Part shown: in pieces, positions 53,751-64,000 of the stretch | Position numbering within the stretch: position 1 is the first letter of the stretch | Layout of the letters: the number at the start of each line of letters is the position of its first letter | Source: Octopus vulgaris | Lineage: Eukaryota | Direction: 5' to 3' | Length of the DNA: 64,000 bases | NCBI GenBank assembly: GCA_951406725.2 | Contig: OX597826.1 | Location: 33,108,001 to 33,172,000 of the forward strand | The notes under the pieces: generated by a model | What the model was told of the DNA's origin: nothing | Seen by the model: only the letters and a program-made list of their open reading frames with translations | Database searches by the model: none | Translations under genes and position numbers: made by a program

Positions 53751-55169
53751 GATAGATACATAGATACATACATAGATAGATGGATAGAGAGATAGTAACA
53801 ATTGGTTTTTGTCAATAGTGTGTTCTATGTTTCTGTTTGGTCACTCATGGGTTTATTGCCTTTCTGTATTCTTTCAGACACCTATCCTCCACACCTGCCC
53901 CCCTACCACCTGCATCAATATGGCCTTTCTTTTTATATTTGTTTTATTGTTATTGCATAGTTAAGTGGGAGGCACAACACAAATTGCTCTTATCAACTCT
54001 TGCCTCAGGCCTAACATTATATATTTAATTGTTCGGAACGCTTCTTAGTCTCACAAAATAGCAGCCCAAGATTACCAAGCCATTAGTTGTTTGATTAATT
54101 TGAGATACCTGATTCTAACTAAAGCACATTGACCAGAAATTTGAGGGGAGGGGGACTAAAGCAACACTGTCCTTTCCAGTTCTTAACCGGTGCCTTTTCT
54201 TATTGATCCCAGAAGAATAAAAAGCAAAATTTATCTTTGCAGGATTTGAACTCAGAATATAAAACGTTGGAAGAGATACTACAAGTCATTTTATCTGACA
54301 TTCCCTTCCATTGGTCAGTTGAAGCTTAGATGGTATCATGTGACAGTTAGCTGGTACTAGCTGCTGGAGCCTACAGATGAGTATTTAAAGGGAAATTTAG
54401 CATGATGGTCATCCACCTGTTGATGCTGCATTGAAGAAAGAACAAAAGGCCTGAGAAAAAAAGGGGAAAGGAACAAGAGCTGAAGACACCTCTGAAACAA
54501 GAGCTGAAGACACCTCTGAAAGTGGGATCCCCACCATGTCGAAAACGGTTGAGGAGTAGGGGCTGAAACTGGATGTGGTTCCTCTTTATGATATCTTTAG
54601 CCAATGGATCCTATAAAGAAGCTGCTGAGGTGGCAAACCACGAAATGTTGTTAGAATTCCCCAATTCTGGCAATCAAGGGTCCTTCATATTGAAGATGAT
54701 GGTTTTAAATTTTGGTATAAGACCAGCAGTTGTTGAGGTGTGAGGTAACTCAATTACATTCACCTTGAGTAATCGACCGGTACACATTATATTGACCCTG
54801 AATGGATGGAAGGCAAAGTCAAGCTCAGTGGAATTTGAACTCAGAATGTACAGATAGACAAAATATTGCTAAGCAGTTTGTCCAGCATGCTAACAGTTCT
54901 GCCAACTCATAGCTTTTGTCATACAAGAAATGATAGGAAGATTTTGTATTCTTTTCTTTTTTCCTTTATTAACTTCAGTTATTTGACTGCAGCCATGCTG
55001 GAGCACTGCCTTTAGTTGAACAAATCGACCCCAGGACTTATTCTTTGTAAGCCCAGCACTTATTCTATCGGCCCCTTTTACCAAACTGCTAAGTTACGGG
55101 GATATAGATACACCAGCATTAGTTGTCAAGCAATGGTGGGGGGACAAACACAGACACACAAACATACAT

Positions 55170-55201
<32 letters not shown>

Positions 55202-56354
55202 GACGGGCTTCTTTCAGCTTCCGGCTATCAAATTCACTCAAAATGCTTTGGTGAGCCTGTGGCTATAGTAGAAGACACTTGCCCAAGGTGCTGCACAGTG
55301 GGACTGAACCTGGAACCTTATGGTGGAGAAGCAAGCTACTTACCACACAGCCACTCCTGTGCCTATAAAACAAAATAGCCGTTTCTACTATAATTACAAT
55401 TTGAGGGGAGGGGGATAGTCAATTACATCAACTCCAGTACTTAACTGATATTTATACTATCAACCCCGAAAGGATGAAAGGCAAATCGACCTCAGCAGAA
55501 TTTGAACTCAGAATGTACAGACAGACAAAATACTGTGAAGCATTTTGCCTGTTGTGCTAACCATTCTGCCAGCTTGCTGCCTTGTATAGAAAGAAAAGTA
55601 ATGAAATTTTCCAGAGGTACTTGTTTAGAAATTTACAGAACAGAAGTTGCTAATTTTGATAATTTAGTTCTTGATGGATGCTTTATGTTATCAGCCCTAG
55701 AATGATGAAAAGCAAAGTTGCCCTTGGCAGGATATGAACTCAGAAGATAAGAACTTCTAATAAACACCACATAATGATTAGCGATATTACAGTGGGACTC
55801 ATCAGGTATCTAGACTGGAACATGTGCAAAGTTATCTCCCATATTTCCCAAAATAAAATACCATAAATCATTAAAGTAAGAGTGTATTTTCCTCACCACA
55901 TAAATATTTTTCTAACTAGAATTTGGCAGATGCTGTATTAAATATTTTGACTTTTGATTATTTTTCAGTGAGAACTTTCTCTCTGTGTATTACATATGCG
56001 TAGGATTACAAGCATCAATGCCAATCACCACATCCTTATTCTCATGAAAAGTAGGAGAGATTTAAATGGTCATAATTATTACACTAACACACATTTTAAA
56101 TCGGTTAATGAAAAAATGAGTAACAGAGTGGTTGGTTCATATTAAATCTTCCCCTCTCTTTTTTTCTCTCGCTTCAAATGCAATAATCTACAGATGTTAG
56201 TAACCATGGACCTTCATGCAAAAACCTGTAACTCCATGGTTTTCCCTGTGAATTATAGAACAGGGATTTCCCAAAGCCTTCTGCTGATATAATTCTATCT
56301 TTGTTCTCAGTTCAAATTTTACCAATAAAGAATTCTAGGGTGGGATATTGGCAA

Positions 56355-56521
56355 AGCCATCATTGTTGTCATCATGGCTGTTGTCATTGTCGGTCATCAT
56401 CATCGTCATCACCGCCACTGCCATGGCTTTCTTCATCATTGAAGTCATCACCATTATTGTCATTGTCATCATCATCATCATCACCACAACTACCACCACC
56501 ACCACCACCACCACCACCACC

Positions 56522-56555
<34 letters not shown>

Positions 56556-56670
56556 TCATCATCACCACGGTCATCATCATCATTCCTGTCATCACCAGTA
56601 TCATTATCCATAGCAATAACATCATTGTACTCTTCCTTATCATTGTTATTGTTGTCAGCATCATCATCAA
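56355..56670. repeat. Compound (CAT/CAC)n tract
   Basis: Direct inspection. Confidence 0.95.
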
Positions 56671-57802
56671 AAATAAAGACAGACAGACAGACATAGATAG
56701 ATAATATAATCTTCTCCGTGTGTCTCAAAGAGGTTTTAACAACCAGTAAATTAGCTTCAGTTCTGAGGCATTAACTGACTTATAAAAACAGCTTCTTATC
56801 CAGGTTTGTCCCTCTATAAGATAACCATTTGCTGATTGTCTGTTACCTATATACACACCCTCAAAATGAAAAAAAAACCAAAAACTACAAACCCCCCAAA
56901 GTGAGTTGGAATAACACAGAACTGGTTACTATGTCTAAATTCTAAACTAAACCTCTTTTAGTAGTTTCCCCCTCTGCCTATAAACTGGCTGTTTATACAG
57001 TCTGTCTCTTCAACCATATCTCAACAATATTCAGAATGTTGTGTAAATAAAAGAAAAAAGAAAATAATAGGTTAATAAACTGATCAGTCCAAACTAGTAA
57101 CATTAATAGCCATTTTTTTTTTCTTTTCTTTCCTTCCTATTATCCAATTTATTTTTTTCTCTTATTTTCCAAGGGATAATTTTTTTTGTTTCTGACAAAA
57201 ATAACATTAGAGTAAGATTTCCTTATGTATCCAATTATTGCTTGTTATTTTATTATTTTATTCTTGCCCGTCATAGGAGACATTGTTTACCAAAGTGTCA
57301 GCAGTAATAACAACTGAATTAACAGAACGATAAAGTATTTAACTTCATTTTACCTTGTGGCCGGCTTATCTTGCTGCTGTTAGTGTTCAAGTTCGTTAAT
57401 ATTGATTTAAAAATATCCAGTACTGTATCAAAACTTGAGCCTGTAGAACCACTGATGTGAAATTGACTCATGCTTGAAGCTGACTTCCCAGAGGAGAAGA
57501 ATTTCTTGCCATTTCATGTCAAATCTGTGAATATTTTGACTTGCACACTTCTTTGATTTCTTTTCCAATAGTTTTCATGAAATTCTGTTTGAATCTCCAT
57601 CTCTGCTTCAGGAATTTGATAATGCTAACATTTATAAAAGTCACTTGGTGCTTGTGGAATGTACTGGATAAATTCAAGAATACTATAGTTTAGGTTTTGG
57701 TTTTCTTTTAGCTTCAGCATTTAACATTTTGAAGTTCTAGTTTCTGACTACACTTTAAAGAATACTTTTGAAAATCTTTTATCAATGTCTTATTTCTACA
57801 TA

Positions 57803-58486
57803 GACGTGTCTGATCAATAAGTATCCGGACTGATGCCATAGTAACGATGCTAAAGCATGCAGAGTAAAGCTGTTTGGTCAGATTGACCTTAAACCCTACT
57901 GTGCATGTGCACTAAGTTTTAACATTCTGGCTCACTTCTGTTGTTTACGGCAGTGCTTGGAAAGAAGGTGTGTAGTGTGGGATCATCACATTGACCATGA
58001 CAGAAAAAGTTGAGCAGAGAATCTGCATCAAATTTTGCCAAAAGTTTGACTATACCTGCTCAGAAGCCAATGCAAAGTTTTCAAAAAGTTTTCTTTGTTC
58101 TCAACACAATCAAAGAGTTCTTGTGCAACTGAAACCCGAGTGTCCTTTTGGTCAGCTGAAAGCAGATTTTGCACTAACTTGGCAGGTGTGCATCTCGTAC
58201 CCAAATCTTCAGTGATGATGGACTGAACTGAACCGTAACTATTCTGCACATCCTCTGATAACTCATGGATGGTGGTCCGACGATTTCCCCTCACAACTGC
58301 GCGCACATCTGTGAAGTTTTTCTCAGTTCTGCTGGTTGCGGGTCTTCAAGAACGTTCATCACTATCAGCAATCTTTTGACCATCTTGGAAACATGTGAAA
58401 CACTCATACACTTGCATGTGGCTCATACACTCTTCTCCACACACTTTCTGCAACCTTGCATAGGCCTCTGAGTAGGTATCACCATG
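57803..58486. mobile_element. Rearranged mariner transposon relic (5' end plus N-terminal HTH region)
   Basis: TIR-like start (G)TCTGATCAATAAGTATCCGGACT. Plus strand MTEKVEQRICIKFCQKF..TCSEANAK (57997-58080). Minus strand GDTYSEAYARLQKVCGEECMS..QVYE..F....DERS*RP...VRGNRRTTIHELSE..SYGSVQSIITEDLG..AKLVQNLLSADQK..R. Confidence 0.9.
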
Positions 58487-59261
58487 ACAACTATCAATGT
58501 ATAGACAATTATAAAAGAAAATGTACAGGTGTGGCCTGTGTGGTAAGAAGCTTGCTTCCCAACCACATGCTCCCGGGTTCAGTCCCACTGTATGACATCC
58601 TGGGAAAATATCTTCTGCTATAGCTTTGGGCCAAGTAAAGCCTTGTGTGTGGATTTGGTAGACGGAAACTGAAAGAAGCCTGTCATATATATGTACATGT
58701 GTGTGTGTATTTGTGTGTCCGTGTTTATTCCCTCACCATTGCTTGACAATCGATATTGGTGTGTTTATGTCCCTGTAACTTAGCAGTTCAGCAAAAGCGA
58801 CCGATAGAACAAGTACTAAGAATAAGTTCCAGGTTCAATTTGTTCAACTAGCAGTGGCACTCCAGCTTGGTCACAGGGAAATTACTGAAACCAGTAAAAG
58901 AATATAAGAAAAATAGAAAAATTTCTACACAGATTTTTCTACAGAAAAAGCATTTCTTTTTCATAAGACTGGTATTTATTTTATTAGTCTCTTTAGCCAA
59001 ACTGCTAGGTTATGGAGATGAAAACACACCAACCCTGGTTGTCAAGTAGTGGTGAGGGACACAGATGTAAAGACACACATACACACATATATGTATATGT
59101 GTGTGTATGTATATATATTGTGTGGTTGTATTTATGTATATATGTAAATATATGTATATATGTATGTATATGTATATATGTAAATATATGTATATATGTA
59201 TATATGTATATATATGTATATATGTATATGTGTGTGCATATATATGTGTGTGTGTATATAT

Positions 59262-59417
59262 ATTCTCTCTCTGTCTATTTCCTCATGTTCCTTCCTGTTG
59301 AAGAGCATAGGCTCAAAATGTAAAAGACTTTCTCCCTTTCCTGAAAATCAAAATAATACACTTGCTTGTTGTTTATACATCTGTTTTTGTCTTTTGTTTT
59401 TCTGTAAATTTTCAACT
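59262..59417 (+). mobile_element. Second copy of the variant-hammerhead short element
   Basis: CTTC-CTGTTGA-A-GAGC-ATAG-GCTC-AAAAT-GTA-AAAG at 59291-59326; downstream sequence (CTAATACA/ATAATACA.TTG.TTGTT...GTCTTTTGTTTT..GTAAA) is shared with 51000-51070. Confidence 0.65.
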
Positions 59418-60938
59418 ATATATAGTGTGTATGTGTGTGTGTGTATATGTGTGTGAGTGTGTATATATGTGTGTGTGTGTGTGTATATGTGTGTATGTGT
59501 GTGTGTGTATATATATATATATACATATATATATATGAATGGTGGCTTCTTTCAATTTCTGTCTACCAAAACCACTCACTAGGCTTTGTAAGGATAAGTT
59601 AAAAAGCATTCACTCAAAGTGCCACACAGCAGGACTGAACCTGGAGCCATTTGGTTGGGAACCAAGCTCCTTACCACACAGCCATGCCTGCACTTCTATA
59701 AATGTTTCCATGCAGAATTTCTCTGACAATCAATGTCTAGTAAACCAATAAATGTAGAGAACTGTGAAAACTAGGGAATGGTAAAGAGAATATTTTGTAG
59801 TTATTCTTTGGTTGTGAAGGGCTTCATGACAGGGAAGAAGATATGTGTAAAAATAAAACTGAAGTGGTATTGTTTTTGGCATAGCTAAAGATTTGTATTG
59901 TTTAATGTGTGGTTCTGTTATCTACCTACTTCAGTGGAATTGGTTAATGTTTCTTCATTCTAAGTAGAATATATATACATATAGGGTTTCATGAGAATCG
60001 TGTTTTGTTTTTAGTGATATGTAGATGTTCTTTAAGTGCTTTTGTTCTTCTTTTGTCGATTTTGATGTTGGTTGGACATAATTCAAACTGAGTTAAACTC
60101 TTGTCAAGTATTCTGTAAGCCACGTAGCACACATGTTATCATTACCTCTTGCTAATCTAAATAGGGTCCCTCTATCTTAAAATTAGAAATAAGAACAATG
60201 GTTTTCAAAGTTACTAGATGTGACTACATGGCATGGTTTTCAAAACACTTTTCTTATATAGATCTGAAGATAAAGCAATGAATTGGCAGAATCCTTACCA
60301 TGTCAGCCAAAATGCTTAATGGCATTTCATCTGTCTTTGAATTCTGTGTTCAAATTCTGCCATGGTTGGCTTTACCCATTCATTCTTTTGGGTTCAATGG
60401 AATAAATACCTGTTGGGCACGGGGGTCGATGTAATCAATTTACCCTCTTCCTGCCCCCCAACTCGCTGGCCTTGTTCCAAAATTTGAAACCAACATATAT
60501 CAGAAGAACCGAGAAAGAGGAACCATTTTTGTTCAAATATAGATAACTGAATCAAATATAGAACTGTACAAAGTTCTTTATATTTATATTTGTAATCTTT
60601 AACTGTACCAAAAATTTAGACAAGGTACACTAATTCTTTACATATTTAGTTCATTGTTAAAAATTTCCATTCAATATCGGGTTTAAAATCGCATCAAAGA
60701 CATCCATATCTCCCGACCCAATCAATGGAGCACAAATCATACCATACCAAATGTCAGCAAGAGCTGTTTTTAACTATACTTTTGAGAGTAGAACAAAGTC
60801 TCCAACAATTTTCAAGGAGCAGAGGTATGTCATATTTCATGCTTATTCTTGGATCAATTCCTGAAGTAATATAACTTCCATGCTTCATCTTTTAACTAGA
60901 GACAAACCCCTGTCTAAAACAGTCCTTCATTTATAAGG

Positions 60939-61285
60939 CTAACCCTTTCGATCCCAACCTGGCTGAAACCACCTCTGTCTCTGAGTACAAATGTCTTGTT
61001 TTCAAAAGTTCTGAATTAAAATTTGCCACCAAAGCTTAGTCACAATTTATGTTCCTAACACTAGCTTAATGATCACTAAGTTATTTTACTAAATTCATTG
61101 GCGTTCGGAAGGGCATCCAGCTGTAGAAACTTTACCAGGTCAGACTGGAGCCTGGTGCAGCCTTCTGGCTCACCAGTCCTCAGTCAAACTGTCCAATCCA
61201 TGCCAGCATGGAAAGCAGACGTTAAATGATGATGATGATTCAAAATTAATTGAAAGAAACATAAATACGGTAACGAAATGGTTAA
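60939..61285. mobile_element. piggyBac-like MITE with a nested (GAT)n-tailed retroposon
   Basis: Ends (C)TAA-CCCTTTCGAT... and ...TAACGAAATGG-TTAA; insert at 61099-61238. Confidence 0.65.
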
Positions 61286-62450
61286 TATTCTACAATTCTG
61301 AACTGTTGTTGCTTTTGGTATCATTGTTTATGTTTGGTAAAGTTACGCTTTTGCCATTAAATTGTTACTGCGTAAGAGAATTTCTCGATTTATTGTCATT
61401 CTTTTCTGTTTATTAATTGTAATTTTCATTTTCCTGTATTTGAAAATTCTTTCATAAGTTCTTTCGTAGTTGACGTACCCAGGTTATTTCTTTTCTTCTC
61501 AATACCTCTTTCTACCTTACTAATTGCAGGAACATATTGAATAAATTGTAAACACATGCAAATGCCTTGAAAAAAAATCCAACTGCATTAAAGATTATAC
61601 AGGTAGGGTGCATTCATTTGTAGCACCAGCACTACAGGGTCTGCTCAACCTTAAGCAAGACTGAAAAGTTTTCTCAAACCTGTGTGGTTTTTGTTTAATT
61701 CACTGACCAATTTAGAGAAGAGATTGCCTTCTATTTTGTGATCTGAGTATTAGGGAAGTCACTTTATAACTCACAGGACAAAAGAGTTGTTTAGTAATTT
61801 ATTTGTGAAGATGTGTGGATTGGTGGATAGAGGTATTTAGCTCACGACTGTAAGGTCATGATTTCAATATCTGGCAGTGATTTTGTGTCCTTGAGCAAGT
61901 CACTTTGTTACATTTTATTCCAGTCCACTCTGCTAACAAAAATGAGTCGTACCTGTATTCTGTGCTCCAAAAGGGCCAGTCTTATCACATTCTGTGTTAT
62001 GCTGAAACTCCCTGGGAACTACATTAACGTTACATGTGTCTGTGTAGTACTCAGCCACTTGCTCATCATTCCACAATTAGGGAGTTCTATTGATAAATTC
62101 AATTGGAACCCTCTTCATCGTACCCAATGGAGTTCCTGTTTAATATTTTCATGACATTGGTTTATTACTGGTATTTGTTCTCTTCACTTTCAGAAGAACA
62201 ACAATATGATATATTTCTACAAACCATCAAGAAATCCAAAGCTTAGTTTATCAAATGAACTTAGGAATATTCCAGCAAGAATAAAGGTTTTCCTTTTTTA
62301 TTCATGTCTTTCTCTGGAGGAGGAGGAGATGTTTCATGTGACATTTGTAGACCCTCTGAGACTGGGGAGATTGATGGAGTTATTGAGTTATTGTTCCTTT
62401 AGAACTTGAATCTCTTACACAATATTGATGTATCAAAGCAACCTACACAT

Positions 62451-62491
<41 letters not shown>

Positions 62492-62563
62492 AAACTATAT
62501 ATATATATATGCACACACACATTATATACATATCTATATATATATACATATATACTAACAGTT

Positions 62564-62596
<33 letters not shown>

Positions 62597-62597
62597 T

Positions 62598-62641
<44 letters not shown>

Positions 62642-63348
62642 TTATATATCTATCTCTATCTATATATATACATATATACTGACAGGTTTATATGTATATA
62701 TATATATAGTTATATAGATGTAGATGCAGCAATATATAGCTAGATAGATATACCTATATGTGTGCATGTGTATATATATGTGTGTGTGTGTGTATATATA
62801 TATATGTGTGTACATGCATACATATATATATACATACATATATATACACATACATATATATATGCATTTATGTATGTATATCTACATAGCTGCCTGCATG
62901 CTTGCCTACACAACAGCCAAAATGACACATGCCAACACACGAGGAATATTACACTGTAAAGAACCACCATATGAATTACCGTGTAACAATGCCATAATTT
63001 ACAGAAGATTCAGATTTATAAATAGTGAATACCTTATTTCAATGTTAACATGTCAATAACGAAGCTAGTGAATTACGGTTTATCAACATTATGGGCTGTG
63101 CTTCTGTGTTGGTCAAGAAACACAATTATACGACAATAAATATTACTTTATTATGTTGAGCTAAAGGTAAATAATATGTCAATGATTCACTGGTGAGCCT
63201 CGGCTTATTCGAGTAATGTAATTCTTTTGTCTTCCATCTGTAGGAATTCAATGAAATGCTGTATTGCATAGCCACGTCGGGAGATTAGCTTTCAAGTAAT
63301 TTTGCATACACATATATTGACGTGTGTGTGTGTGTGTGTATGTGTTCG

Positions 63349-63383
<35 letters not shown>

Positions 63384-63589
63384 ATGTGTGTTTGTGTATA
63401 TATGTGTATGTACATGTATGTATATATATATATGTGTGTGTGTCTGTATATATATATATGTATACATATATATAAATATACATTGTATATATATATGCAT
63501 GTGTGTCTGTGTATGCATGAAGACATATATACATACATACATACAAATATATATATATATATATATACAATGCACACACATACACATAC

Positions 63590-63623
<34 letters not shown>

Positions 63624-63679
63624 GTGTGTATATATACATGTGTATATATACGTGTGTATATAGCTAGATAGATAGGTAA

Positions 63680-63742
<63 letters not shown>

Positions 63743-64000
63743 AATGAGAGCACGTTTAAATGTACAAATGTGCTCTGTACACACACAAACCTGATAATAT
63801 TAACTTCTCTCTGTCTCCCTCCTTCTCTCTCTCTCTGTATATATATTTATATACATACAAACACACACATGTGTATTTATATATATCTTACATAATCTAA
63901 TAAACGAATGTCGTTTTTTTTTGTGTTTGTCTGTGCATCTATCAGTCTGTAAATAATATTCCATCTCTCTCAGACAACTGAGGCCATCTCCTTGGAATTT

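Noticed and set aside
54471-54521. CTGAAGA...GAAAC hammerhead candidate
   Set aside because: No stem II or stem I pairing; it is a simple ~23-bp tandem duplication.
63222-63300. Small exon after a good acceptor (TTCTTTTGTCTTCCATCTGTAG)
   Set aside because: Stop codons in all three frames before the candidate donor.

Overview
This is AT-rich, repeat-saturated eukaryotic DNA, intergenic or deep intronic. The SINE families, microsatellite load and LINE fragments look like an Octopus (coleoid cephalopod) genome; that assignment is from recognition and has not been verified by a search. No intact host protein-coding gene, rRNA, tRNA or CRISPR array is supportable, and nearly all listed ORFs are translations of microsatellites. 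Recognisable content: at least four SINE-type families in dozens of copies, fragments of restriction-like-endonuclease (R4/Dong-type) LINEs in (TAA)n and (TACA)n arrays, a CR1-type RT fragment, two mariner relics, hAT- and piggyBac-like MITEs, three long inverted repeats and a 29-bp minisatellite. The most interesting signal is a set of minimal type-I hammerhead-ribozyme motifs in about six unrelated short non-coding elements. One (28524-28578) has a fully intact core, and several lie in or beside long fold-back repeats. No Penelope RT or GIY-YIG ORF was recognised, which suggests non-autonomous Penelope-LTR or retrozyme-like families, including core variants. Secondary highlights are an RLE LINE family tied to (TACA)n repeats and a 557-bp non-coding element found twice inside (TAA)n arrays.
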